From NCBI RefSeq assembly GCF_002918555.1, contig NZ_PQMB01000003.1, forward strand, positions 991,458-1,055,457: a stretch of 64,000 bases of DNA, in the 5' to 3' direction. This document shows positions 33,020-42,386 of this stretch, one piece after another. The notes under the pieces are model-generated. The model had not been told where the DNA came from. It saw only the letters and a program-made list of their open reading frames with translations, and did not search any database. The position numbers and the translations under genes are program-made. The DNA is from Citrobacter amalonaticus. GTDB lineage: Bacteria; Pseudomonadota; Gammaproteobacteria; Enterobacterales; Enterobacteriaceae. The stretch's first letter is position 1. Each line of letters starts with the position of its first letter.

Positions 33020-34603
33020 ATGATGAAAAAGCGGCGGGTAGTGATTGGTGTCCTGGGCACGGTGTTGGATAAACGCGGCAAGCGGGCAAACCGGTTTAAG
33101 AAATGGCGGCCCACGGTCGGCTTGTGCCAGCAGGCTGATTTCCCGATCGACAGGCTGGAACTGCTCCACCAGCCGCGAGATGAGAGCATGGCGCAACGGT
33201 TGATTGAAGATATCGCCCAGCTTTCACCCCATACCGACGTCCGCGCACAGGCGATCACAATTAACGATCCGTGGGATTTTGAGGAGGTCTACGCTGCGTT
33301 TCTCGACTTTGCCACACATTATGAATTTGATACGCAAAACGAAGAGTATCTGGTGCACATCACCACCGGCACCCACGTGGCGCAGATCTGCTGGTTTCTG
33401 CTAACGGAAGCCCGCTACCTGCCTGCCAGCCTGTTGCAAACCAGTCCGGCAACGAAAGGTTCATCAGACGAAGCTATCGCCGCTGGTGTCTGTTCGGTGA
33501 TCGATCTTGATTTAAGCCGCTATGCCACGCTCACCAGTCGCTTTCAGCGCGAGCAACAGCAGTCGGTCTCATTCCTGAAAGCCGGTATTGAAACGCGCAA
33601 TGTGACGTTCAACAAACTTATCGACCGAATTGAGCGGGTTGCGCTACGTTCAACAGATCCGATTCTGCTTACCGGCCCCACCGGTGCGGGTAAATCCTTT
33701 CTTGCAAAACGTATTTTTCAGCTTCGCCAGTCGCGTCATCTGGTGGCAGGAAAGCTGGTGGCAATAAACTGCGCCACCCTGCGCGGCGACAATGCGATGT
33801 CTACGCTGTTCGGTCACGTGAAAGGCGCTTTTACCGGGGCGCTGGCTCCACGTACCGGGCTATTACGTGAGGCCGATGGCGGCGTGCTGTTTCTCGATGA
33901 AATCGCCGAATTGGGGCTGGATGAACAGGCCATGCTGCTGAAAGCGATTGAAGAGAAAACGTTTTTTCCATTTGGCTCGGATACAGAGGTCCATAGCGAC
34001 TTTCAGCTGATTGTCGGAACCCATCGCGATATGCCGCAGTGGGTGGCGGAAGGCCGCTTTCGCGAAGATCTCTACGCGCGTATCAATATGTGGCGTTTCG
34101 CCCTGCCTGGTCTGGCGCAGCGGCGCGAAGATATCGCCCCGAACGTCGAGTATGAGCTTCAGCGTTTTTCCCGCAGTAAACAGATGCAGATCCGCTTTGA
34201 TAAAGAGGCCCGCGAGCGCTATCTGGCATTTGCCTGCTCGACGCAGGCACAGTGGCGCGGCAACTTTCGCGAGCTGAGCTCTTCCGTTGCGCGCATGGCG
34301 ACGCTTGCCGAACAGGGACGTATTACGTTAGTCCTTGCTGAAGAAGAGATTGCGCTACTGCAAGAGAACTGGCAAAGCACTGCCTCACTACCTGAGCTGG
34401 AGGGGGAGATCGACCTTTTCGACAGGCGACAGCTGGAAACGGTGCTGGAGGTATGCCGCCGCTGCGCATCGTTGTCTGAAGCCGGACGAGAACTCTTCGC
34501 CGTCTCCCGACAGAAAAAAGCCAATCCCAACGATGCCGACCGCCTGCGCAAGTACCTGGCCCGCTTTGGGCTGAGCTGGGAGAGCATCCGCTGCGGATCA
34601 TGA
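33020..34603 (+). CDS. rtcR: RtcR-family sigma54-dependent transcriptional activator (CARF-like N-domain + AAA+ sigma54-interaction domain + C-terminal HTH), 527 aa
   Basis: Walker A LLTGPTGAGKSFLAKRI, GAFTGA motif (HVKGAFTGALAPRTG), N-terminus MMKKRRVVIGVLGTVLDKRG... resembling E. coli RtcR, C-terminal HTH. Confidence 0.85.
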   Translation: MMKKRRVVIGVLGTVLDKRGKRANRFKKWRPTVGLCQQADFPIDRLELLHQPRDESMAQRLIEDIAQLSPHTDVRAQAITINDPWDFEEVYAAFLDFATHYEFDTQNEEYLVHITTGTHVAQICWFLLTEARYLPASLLQTSPATKGSSDEAIAAGVCSVIDLDLSRYATLTSRFQREQQQSVSFLKAGIETRNVTFNKLIDRIERVALRSTDPILLTGPTGAGKSFLAKRIFQLRQSRHLVAGKLVAINCATLRGDNAMSTLFGHVKGAFTGALAPRTGLLREADGGVLFLDEIAELGLDEQAMLLKAIEEKTFFPFGSDTEVHSDFQLIVGTHRDMPQWVAEGRFREDLYARINMWRFALPGLAQRREDIAPNVEYELQRFSRSKQMQIRFDKEARERYLAFACSTQAQWRGNFRELSSSVARMATLAEQGRITLVLAEEEIALLQENWQSTASLPELEGEIDLFDRRQLETVLEVCRRCASLSEAGRELFAVSRQKKANPNDADRLRKYLARFGLSWESIRCGS

Positions 34604-34714
34604 ACATAATTTATTTGAATAATATTCCCTTGCACGATAAATAATAGCTATGGTCCGGCTCGATCCTGACCGGTTAATAACAAGCAAACACAACATACGT
34701 GCAAGGAAAACAAC

Positions 34715-35656
34715 ATGCTCGCCACCTTTACAAGGCTGTTCCCATTATGGGCGCTGCTGCTCTCTGTTATTGCGTATTACACGCCATCGACCTTTGGCCC
34801 AGTCGGACCGTGGGTGCCCACGCTGCTGATGCTGATTATGTTCGGCATGGGCGTACATCTTAAAGTCGACGACTTCAGGCGCGTACTCTCCCGCCCGGCC
34901 CCGGTTGCCGCGGGTATTTTCCTGCACTATCTGGTGATGCCGCTCGCCGCCTGGCTGCTGGCGCTGGCCTTTAATATGCCGCCGGAGCTTTCTGCCGGGA
35001 TGGTGCTGGTCGGCAGCGTCGCCAGCGGCACAGCATCTAACGTGATGATTTATCTTGCAAAGGGAGACGTGGCGCTTTCAGTGACCATTTCCTCCGTTTC
35101 CACGCTGGTGGGCGTGGTGGCCACGCCGCTGCTGACGCGCCTGTATGTCGATGCGCATATCCAGGTTGATGTGATGGGTATGCTGCTCAGCATTTTGCAG
35201 ATTGTGGTGATCCCGATTGCCTTGGGTCTGGTGGTTCATCACCTGTTCCCACGTGTAGTAAAAGCAGTAGAGCCATATCTGCCCGCATTTTCAATGGTGT
35301 GTATTCTGGCAATCATCAGCGCGGTCGTCGCCGGTTCGGCTTCACATATTGCTTCCGTCGGCTTTGTGGTGATCATCGCGGTTATTCTGCACAACACCAT
35401 TGGCCTGCTTGGTGGCTACTGGGGAGGAAGGCTGTTTGGCTTTGACGAATCCACCTGCCGCACGCTGGCAATCGAGGTTGGGATGCAGAACTCCGGTCTT
35501 GCTGCCGCGCTGGGTAAAATCTACTTCGGCCCGCTTGCCGCACTGCCCGGCGCGCTGTTCTCCGTCTGGCACAATCTTTCGGGTTCGCTGCTGGCGGGTT
35601 ACTGGTCCGGCAAGCCGATTAATGAGAAGCCACAAAAGATCGTAAAAGAGAAATAG
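34715..35656 (+). CDS. Bile acid:sodium symporter (BASS/SBF) family transporter (313 aa)
   Basis: ~9 TM helices and SBF-like motifs (…[30 protein letters not shown]…). Confidence 0.8.
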   Translation: MLATFTRLFPLWALLLSVIAYYTPSTFGPVGPWVPTLLMLIMFGMGVHLKVDDFRRVLSRPAPVAAGIFLHYLVMPLAAWLLALAFNMPPELSAGMVLVGSVASGTASNVMIYLAKGDVALSVTISSVSTLVGVVATPLLTRLYVDAHIQVDVMGMLLSILQIVVIPIALGLVVHHLFPRVVKAVEPYLPAFSMVCILAIISAVVAGSASHIASVGFVVIIAVILHNTIGLLGGYWGGRLFGFDESTCRTLAIEVGMQNSGLAAALGKIYFGPLAALPGALFSVWHNLSGSLLAGYWSGKPINEKPQKIVKEK

Positions 35657-35661
35657 AGAAA

Positions 35662-35690
35662 CAGGCCCGGAACATCCACCAGCCGGGCCT
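35662..35690 (+). terminator. Hairpin AGGCCCGG-(11 nt)-CCGGGCCT downstream of the BASS transporter gene
   Basis: 8-bp-arm inverted repeat immediately after the stop codon; weak T-tract. Confidence 0.4.
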
Positions 35691-35921
35691 GACCTATTTG
35701 CACGATCACTGGTTTCCCTGGCTTAATAAGCATCATCACAAGTACAACCAGGTAAATTTGTTGGTTTTCTGATTAACAACATCTGAAACCCGAGGCCGCA
35801 AGATATTTAACTTCACCGCGGCCGGTCCAGCCGCTCTTCAGGTTGCCCCTTTTGACTGAACGCACTAAAACGCCCGGGCGGATTCGTGGCCCGGGAGCAG
35901 TGCAGCGTTTTCGGCGGGAGT

Positions 35922-36488
35922 TCAATGAGTGACAGTGACACCCTCCCCGGTTTCAGCATCCAGGACAAACTCCGAGAAGATAAATTGTCTGACCTGAAGT
36001 ATCGAACTGAGGTTAAGCTTTTGCCCTATTCTGCTGGTATAGGAATAGACAGTTTTTGGCGACAGATAAATTTTCCTGGCAGCCGCCCAGGTGTCGTCAG
36101 TATCAAGCAGGGCAAAAAGTGTCTTTTTTTCCTGAACTGAAAGTATGCTGAGACTCCTGTAGCGTGCAATGTGGTTTAACGCATATTCAGGTGAATGCGT
36201 CCTGCCGTCGGTGAGTTGTTTTCGAAACTCCATAAAGCACGATTTTCTGTATATCGTTACAATCGGCTCAAGAACTCTTGAACTGACATCCTTGCCACCG
36301 ATGAAGATCAACCTATGCTTTTCAATCAGTTTATTTCTTTTCAGCAGTCTGAATATCGACCCCAGGCTTCTGAAAGATTCAATGTCAATGACGCAAACCT
36401 TCCTGCTGGCAGGAACTTGCTGAAGGATGACAGACAACGCGTTATTAAAAAAAACATCTTTAGTCAAAATTATGTGAGGCATAAACAT
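35922..36488 (-). CDS. LuxR/FixJ-family HTH regulator with degenerate receiver-like N-domain (188 aa)
   Basis: C-terminal LuxR-type HTH (LSVQEKKTLFALLDTDDTWAAARKIYLSPKTVYSYTSRIGQKLNL); AT-rich gene immediately downstream of the autotransporter. Confidence 0.6.
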   Translation of the reverse strand: MFMPHIILTKDVFFNNALSVILQQVPASRKVCVIDIESFRSLGSIFRLLKRNKLIEKHRLIFIGGKDVSSRVLEPIVTIYRKSCFMEFRKQLTDGRTHSPEYALNHIARYRSLSILSVQEKKTLFALLDTDDTWAAARKIYLSPKTVYSYTSRIGQKLNLSSILQVRQFIFSEFVLDAETGEGVTVTH

Positions 36489-36515
36489 AACCGGAAAATT
36501 TCAGAACACAATGAA

Positions 36516-36535
36516 AAGGGGCCCTGAGGCCCCTG
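36516..36535 (-). terminator. Hairpin AGGGGCC-tcag-GGCCCCT just after the autotransporter stop
   Basis: Perfect 7-bp-arm inverted repeat 9 bp past the stop codon. Confidence 0.5.
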
Positions 36536-36543
36536 ATATAACA

Positions 36544-39500
36544 TCAGAATCCGATACGGATACCGGCCACACCCTGGACCGGTGTCTCTGTGTGGCTGCC
36601 CTGACGATAATTAGCCTCGCCATATAAGGTTACGTCCCTGCCAACACTGACCGATGCGCCCAGACCATACTTGCCTGATGTCCCTTTGACGTTGTTATCG
36701 AAGCGGTTGCGTGCATTGATGGTGACCTCATTTGCGTCCGCAAACTCCTGCACGACCGCAGCCGACAAATAAGGCTTAAATTCAGTCTCACCGAGGCTGA
36801 ATTTACCGGTAAGCTTCGCGCCGGCCTCACCCGTGACCGAGCGTGGCGTGCCGGTGTTACCCTTCATGCCGTTGCTCAGCTTCACGTCCTCACTGCTCAT
36901 CTGAACATACGCCAGGCGGGCATAAGGCGTGAGACTCAGGTCGTCCCTCACATCAAACTGATAGCCCCCTTCAACGGCTGTGCTGAGACCATACTGCTTC
37001 CAGTCACCGCCGGTTTTGCCGCCATTGGTCATAACGGCGCTCAGTTTGTTGTTCAGGCGGTTACCCTTCACCACACCGTCAGCGTAGAAGCCGCTGGCAT
37101 CGAACCATGTTGCATACAGGCCGATACCGTAGCTGTCGATGTTGCTTTTTCCACCGCGGGCATGCTTAACCTGGTTGTCGCTGTAAGACATGAATGCCCC
37201 CGTGAAGAGGCTGCCGCGCGCAAAATCCGTCCGCGTGTCGGCGCCGATTTCCATGCCGCTCTGATTAAGCTGATACGCCGCGCCGTTGCTGGTATCCGTA
37301 TGGTTTTTGCTGCCGAGGTAGTGACCCCAGACGTTATTCTCCGGTCCGGTTTTATCCAGATTCGCCCGGTACATGCGCAGGCCATCAAGTTCGGAGTGAA
37401 TGACATTCAGGCCGGCATTCGACATGGCCAGGATGGCGTCCGCTGCCGGAGTGGTCATCGGCTTCTTGCCACCGCCCGGGTTTTCACCGCCACCTGGATT
37501 CTCACCGCCACCTGGATTCTCACCGCCACCCGGATTCTCACCGCCGCCAGGGTTCTCGCCACCGCCAGGGTTCTCGCCGCCACCCGGATTCTCACCACCG
37601 CCAGGGTTCTCGCCACCGCCCGGGTTCTCACCACCGCCAGGTTCTTCCGTCATCGCGCCCAGGTACCAGACGTTCCCGCCGTTCAGACCATCCTTGTTCT
37701 GCTGGCTGAACAGCGTGTACATGTAAGTCCCACCGTCAATGGCCCGGATACTGCGGCCTGACGCCGTGACCATCTCAAAATCAATATCGCCACCCTGCTC
37801 GTGAATGAGATTCACCGTCAGGTCTGTATGGTCTGATATCTCCTTACCGGAGTCGGTAACAGCGATACCGAAGTGACCCGTACCCTGTTCGATGGTGACA
37901 AAGTTGGCATTACGCTCAGCGAGAGAAGTATTGAACAGGAAGCTGCCGGTGCCGCTGAGTTCGGAGATGTTCAGCTCCGCGAAGTCACCTTCACCGTTAC
38001 GCAGGAAGGAGACATTGCCGCCGTTCATGGTGAGCTTATCGACCTGAGCCGGGGTATAACTGGTGGTGGTATCGGTAAGGTCGGCGACAGAGAGGGTCCC
38101 CCCTGTGATGCGCACGTCCGTTGCGACAGAGCCAGCGTCCATCAGCAGTTCACCACCGGCGTTCACTTTGGTTTCGCCGTCAGCCAGTGCCCCCGTCTGC
38201 AGCCACGACTGACCGCTATTGATGGTGGTGTTAATAGTCGTGCCGCCACTGGAGACCCACTGCCTGCCACCGCTATTGATAGTGGTATCAACAGCGGTGG
38301 CACTGTCGAGTAGCTGTATACCACCATTAATGGTGGTAGTGATGATGGTGGTTGCCTCGCCATCGATAACTTGTTGAATGCCACCGCTGTTAATGATGGT
38401 GTCAATGGTGGTGCCACCTGAAAAGTACTGTATGCCACCGCTGTTAATTGTGGTGTCAATGGCGGTGCCACCTGAAAGGTACTGTGTGCCACTGCTGTTA
38501 ATTGTGGTGGCAATAGCTGAACCGCCAATGTCGATGTATTGGAGACCTCCGTAGATGGTGGTGTCATTGGCAGTGCTCCCACTGGAGACGAACTGCACGC
38601 CAAAGTAGTTGATGGTGGTATCAGTGGCGATGCCGCCATCGTAGACATACTGCTGGCCACCGCTGTTGATGGTGGTATCAGTGGCGGTGCCGGCATAGAC
38701 TTTCTGCCAGCCACCGCTGTTGAGGGTGGTGTTGGTGGCAGTGCCGCGCTGGACCAACTGCTCACCGCCATTGAGGATAGTGTTCGTAGCTATACCACCG
38801 ACGAACTGAACACCATTGAAGATGGTAGTGTTTGTTGCAGAGCCGCCGCTTAAGACCGACTGCTGGCCACCGCTGTTAATGGTGGTCTCAGTGGCTGTTC
38901 CCCCTATAGTGACCCATTGCGCGCCACCGCTTTTGATGGTGGTGTTAGTGGCTGTGCCGCCACTGAAGACGTTCTGCCTGCCACCGCTGTTGATGGTGGT
39001 GTTAGTGACTGAGCCCTCACTTTGGACGCTTTGAGAACCGCCGTTAATGGTGGTGTCAGTGGCTGTGCCACCTCGCTCGACGTATTGAAAACCGCTGTTG
39101 ATTATGGTGTTTGTGGCTGTGCCCTCATTGAAGACGTCCTGATAACCACCATTAACGGTGGTGCCAATGGCTGTGCCGCCACTGGAGACGTACTGATAAC
39201 CACCACTGTTGATGGTGGTTTTTGTGGCTATGCCCTCATTGAAGACTACTTGATAACCACCATTCACAGTGGTGTCAGTGGCCGAACCTCCGCTGTAGAC
39301 GTCCTGATGACCACCATTAACGGTGGTGTCAGTGGCTGTGCCGCCGCTGGAGACGTTCTGTCCGCCCCCGCTGTTGATGGTGGTGTTTGTGGCTGTGCCG
39401 CCGTTGACGTATTGAGTGCCGCGGCTGTTAATAGTGGTGTCATTGGCCGTGCCGTCACTGGAGACGTACTGCTCGCCACCGCTGTTAATTGTAGTTTCGG

Positions 39501-40167
39501 TAGCCGTGCCGCCACTGAAAACTTTCTGCCAGCCACCTGTGTAGATGGTGGTGTCAGTGGCCGAACCGCCGCTGTAGACGTCTTGATGACCACCACCATT
39601 AATGGTGGTGACAGTGGCAGAGCCGCCACTGAAGACGCTTTGACTACCACCGTTAATGGTGGTGTCAGTGGCTGTGCCCCTATTGTAGACATTCTGACTG
39701 CCACCGCTAATAGTGGTGTCAGTGGCTGTGCCGCCGCTAACGATCTCCTGCTTGCCACCACTGTTGATGGAAGTGTCAGTGGCTGTGCCACCTAAGATGT
39801 ACTGGTCGCCACCGTTGTTGATGGTGGTCTCAGTGGCCGAGCCCCCAACGTAGACGTCCTGCATGCCCCCATAGTTGATGACGGTCTCAGTGGCTGAGCC
39901 CCCATTGTAGATGTACTGACTGCCACCGTTGATAGTAGTAGAGGTGGCCGTATCTCCTGAAGAAATAGTCTGTTCACCCGTTAGCGTCACGTCCACATAA
40001 TCCACGGCCATGACCGGCGCTGAGGGCAGCAGCATTGCCCCCAGCAGCAGTGCCAACGCGCTTTTCTTCGGCACCAGCTTCGGGCGACCGGACCCGGATG
40101 CCAGTTCAGAGGTGACCACCCACTGCTGGCGCGACTCGCACCAGACGGTGGTATATATCTTGTTCAT
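36544..40167 (-). CDS. AIDA-I/TibA/Ag43-type self-associating autotransporter adhesin (1207 aa) with ESPR signal peptide, ~19-aa imperfect passenger repeats, (PGGGEN)n linker and C-terminal beta-barrel
   Basis: N-terminus MNKIYTTVWCESRQQWVVTSELA (extended signal peptide region); >30 repeats of GGTATDTTINSGGxQxVxS; C-terminal autotransporter barrel ending ...VAGIRIGF. Confidence 0.9.
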   Translation of the reverse strand: MNKIYTTVWCESRQQWVVTSELASGSGRPKLVPKKSALALLLGAMLLPSAPVMAVDYVDVTLTGEQTISSGDTATSTTINGGSQYIYNGGSATETVINYGGMQDVYVGGSATETTINNGGDQYILGGTATDTSINSGGKQEIVSGGTATDTTISGGSQNVYNRGTATDTTINGGSQSVFSGGSATVTTINGGGHQDVYSGGSATDTTIYTGGWQKVFSGGTATETTINSGGEQYVSSDGTANDTTINSRGTQYVNGGTATNTTINSGGGQNVSSGGTATDTTVNGGHQDVYSGGSATDTTVNGGYQVVFNEGIATKTTINSGGYQYVSSGGTAIGTTVNGGYQDVFNEGTATNTIINSGFQYVERGGTATDTTINGGSQSVQSEGSVTNTTINSGGRQNVFSGGTATNTTIKSGGAQWVTIGGTATETTINSGGQQSVLSGGSATNTTIFNGVQFVGGIATNTILNGGEQLVQRGTATNTTLNSGGWQKVYAGTATDTTINSGGQQYVYDGGIATDTTINYFGVQFVSSGSTANDTTIYGGLQYIDIGGSAIATTINSSGTQYLSGGTAIDTTINSGGIQYFSGGTTIDTIINSGGIQQVIDGEATTIITTTINGGIQLLDSATAVDTTINSGGRQWVSSGGTTINTTINSGQSWLQTGALADGETKVNAGGELLMDAGSVATDVRITGGTLSVADLTDTTTSYTPAQVDKLTMNGGNVSFLRNGEGDFAELNISELSGTGSFLFNTSLAERNANFVTIEQGTGHFGIAVTDSGKEISDHTDLTVNLIHEQGGDIDFEMVTASGRSIRAIDGGTYMYTLFSQQNKDGLNGGNVWYLGAMTEEPGGGENPGGGENPGGGENPGGGENPGGGENPGGGENPGGGENPGGGENPGGGENPGGGKKPMTTPAADAILAMSNAGLNVIHSELDGLRMYRANLDKTGPENNVWGHYLGSKNHTDTSNGAAYQLNQSGMEIGADTRTDFARGSLFTGAFMSYSDNQVKHARGGKSNIDSYGIGLYATWFDASGFYADGVVKGNRLNNKLSAVMTNGGKTGGDWKQYGLSTAVEGGYQFDVRDDLSLTPYARLAYVQMSSEDVKLSNGMKGNTGTPRSVTGEAGAKLTGKFSLGETEFKPYLSAAVVQEFADANEVTINARNRFDNNVKGTSGKYGLGASVSVGRDVTLYGEANYRQGSHTETPVQGVAGIRIGF
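37470..37652. repeat. Tandem 18-bp in-frame repeat (x10) encoding (PGGGEN)10 inside the autotransporter
   Basis: Units CCGCCNCCNGGRTTCTCR repeated head-to-tail on the plus strand; encodes EEPGGGENPGGGEN...PGGGKKP. Confidence 0.9.
38100..39975. repeat. Intragenic ~57-bp (19-aa) imperfect tandem repeat array of the autotransporter passenger domain
   Basis: Repeated TINSGG.Q.V.SGGTATDT peptide units; explains the many shadow ORFs on both strands here. Confidence 0.85.
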
Positions 40168-40178
40168 AGTAACGCTCC

Positions 40179-41348
40179 TTAATTATCAACTAATCCTGCA
40201 TGCAGACGGTCCACCATCCCTGTAACCTGTCGTCCGGTTATCAGCCGCGTGCACTCATACTGTCTTGGGGTATCCCTGTGATGCGGGCACCACAAAAAAT
40301 CCTGGTGGTCAAAGTCAACCGACGTGTCATCCCAGCAGCCGTTACAGCCATGACTGCTGAACACCCGCCAGGGGGTGTAAAATTCGCTATTCGGAAGGCT
40401 GAATCCGCTGATCAACACCACAGGTATGTCAGTTGCCCAGGCAAGCCATGACAGCCCGCTGGCCAGACCGATAAAGAAACTCGCATGCATTAACAGGTCC
40501 ACCCGATCCTGAAGCGGAATGTCGCCCGTGAAGTCTTCGGCACCATAGGGGATGTGGTTCCAGACGAAGCCCTGACCGTGACGGGCCTGGCGGTCAATGC
40601 ACAGCACCCGGTACCCCAGTGATTTAAGGTGGGCAACCACCTCTGCCCAGCCATGACCGTTGTTCCAGTATTTCGCCTGGTTGGTTGACTGTGCGGCGAT
40701 ACAGACGTACGGCTCCGCAATTTTTCGCTCTGCATCCAGTTTCAGACGAGGCGGAGACTCACGGGGGTCAACCCCGAGGATGTAACCGGCATTGCGGTGA
40801 AAACCGACTTTCCTGAAATCAATGGGCTGATGAAGGGTGTCACCCTGAAAGAAAATGCCGACATACCAGGACGCGTAGGGATTCACTGTCCGGAGAGATT
40901 CTTTTGTGGAGAAGGTAATCTCAGGATATTGTGCGCTGAGCAGGTCAATGATTTCCTGCCCCATGACGCATTCAAGCTGGCACCGGTGCAGTTGACGAAA
41001 TCGCTCGGCGTAAGGGAACCAGCCAAGCATATCGCCCAGCGTCCCGGTCGGGAAAAAGATGACGACCGGCTTGTCCTTCATGTCCAGTGTTTCATCCAGG
41101 ACCGGATGCGCTTCTCCCTGGTGGAATACCTGAATACGGAAACGGACGTAATATTTTTTGGTACTGGTGACCCACCCTCCGTCAGAATCACAACTGAAAA
41201 GTATATTGCCGGATTCATCATCCATTAAAATGACATGCCATTTCCCTTCCGGAAGGTAAACGCGTGCACCGTAATTAAAGTCAAACAGAATGCCTTCCGG
41301 TCCGGCGCAGGTCGGAAACTCCGGAGGAGTTGCAAAGTTAACTGACAT
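40179..41348 (-). CDS. Autotransporter adhesin heptosyltransferase (Aah/TibC-like BAHT family), 389 aa, upstream of and co-oriented with the autotransporter
   Basis: Gene order (transferase then AIDA-like autotransporter, 11-bp gap) mirrors aah-aidA and tibC-tibA; size and Cys-rich C-terminus (CNGCWDD...CPHH) fit TibC-like enzymes; assignment by similarity is moderate. Confidence 0.65.
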   Translation of the reverse strand: MSVNFATPPEFPTCAGPEGILFDFNYGARVYLPEGKWHVILMDDESGNILFSCDSDGGWVTSTKKYYVRFRIQVFHQGEAHPVLDETLDMKDKPVVIFFPTGTLGDMLGWFPYAERFRQLHRCQLECVMGQEIIDLLSAQYPEITFSTKESLRTVNPYASWYVGIFFQGDTLHQPIDFRKVGFHRNAGYILGVDPRESPPRLKLDAERKIAEPYVCIAAQSTNQAKYWNNGHGWAEVVAHLKSLGYRVLCIDRQARHGQGFVWNHIPYGAEDFTGDIPLQDRVDLLMHASFFIGLASGLSWLAWATDIPVVLISGFSLPNSEFYTPWRVFSSHGCNGCWDDTSVDFDHQDFLWCPHHRDTPRQYECTRLITGRQVTGMVDRLHAGLVDN

Positions 41349-41552
41349 ATCTCATCTATCCTTAGTATTCATTTGCAATCGGTAATGATTTAATCAATTG
41401 CACAGGTTATTCTTCTGCAATGTTTTTTCGTGACGGGTTGTGAGCTGTTTTATATCAGGCCCATAAGCAGTTCCACATTTCACATGTTTCCCGGCTGTAA
41501 AAACGTTTAAAATTAACTTGTAGTGGATGATTAACTTTTAATTTTGCCTGGA

Positions 41553-42386
41553 CTAATGATGTTCAATCTTTTCACAAGAGTGAAGAAGTAAAATGTGTGC
41601 ACAAAACTCGCGCATACTTACAGGTCGAGAAAACAAATAGCCCTGAAAGGTATCAATCCCCTTCATTTCTAAAAGCTTAAACTGCTCATTCGTTTCAACA
41701 CCTTCAGCAATAATATGCAGATTTAACTTCTCACTAAAAGACATGATGGCGTCAATAACAGAGGAATAAATCAATTTATGGTTACAAACCATCGTTAAAC
41801 ATTTGTCAATTTTTATCGTTGAGAATCCAGCGTGTTCAATGTATTTTAAGCATGAACCACCACTGCCATAATCATCTATTGAAAAACCAACACCTGACGC
41901 AACAAGCTCCTGCATCGCATCCAGGGCAAAATCGTCAAATTCTAATGTGCCACGCTCAACAATCTCAAGAATAACCATGATGTCTTTGCCAAAATGAATA
42001 TTAAATTCTTTAACCGCTTTTACCATTCGTGATGAATTGAGCTGTTGGGCACAGATATTAAAAGAAAAATAAAAACCTTTCGGTAGAGACTCAACATGAG
42101 GAGTGAAATGTGCTTTCACTTTCTCCAGAAGTTCACAAGTAACATCGTTGCATACTTCACCGCTTTCAATAACAGAAAGATACGATTCTGGAGAATGAAG
42201 GACACCATTCTTTTTCACCCTCATAAGGACTTCGCATCCCACTAATTCTCCCGACTGGTAAACAGGTTGAATAAAAGGAACAAACTCGGCACCTGCAAGT
42301 TCGGAGGTCAATATGGATTTTCTTACTGACCGTAGCAATCTACAAATCACTTGTTCTGTTTTCCTGAGTATTCTGATATTTGTCAT
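41553..42386 (-). CDS. Stand-alone EAL-domain protein (c-di-GMP phosphodiesterase-like, possibly degenerate), 277 aa
   Basis: EVL(M)R in place of EALxR, DDYGSG (DDFGTG-like) and KIDK motifs; no GGDEF or sensor domain; AT-rich. Confidence 0.8.
   Translation of the reverse strand: MTNIRILRKTEQVICRLLRSVRKSILTSELAGAEFVPFIQPVYQSGELVGCEVLMRVKKNGVLHSPESYLSVIESGEVCNDVTCELLEKVKAHFTPHVESLPKGFYFSFNICAQQLNSSRMVKAVKEFNIHFGKDIMVILEIVERGTLEFDDFALDAMQELVASGVGFSIDDYGSGGSCLKYIEHAGFSTIKIDKCLTMVCNHKLIYSSVIDAIMSFSEKLNLHIIAEGVETNEQFKLLEMKGIDTFQGYLFSRPVSMREFCAHILLLHSCEKIEHH

Noticed and set aside
38100-39975. Possible CRISPR-like regular repeats
   Set aside because: Repeats are coding, imperfect, lack spacer/repeat architecture and cas genes; they are passenger-domain peptide repeats.
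38163-39977. Multiple ORFs on both strands within the autotransporter repeat region (38163..38771, 39022..39795, 39264..39791 and others)
   Set aside because: Artefacts of the in-frame 57-bp coding repeats; the 1207-aa autotransporter frame explains the region.
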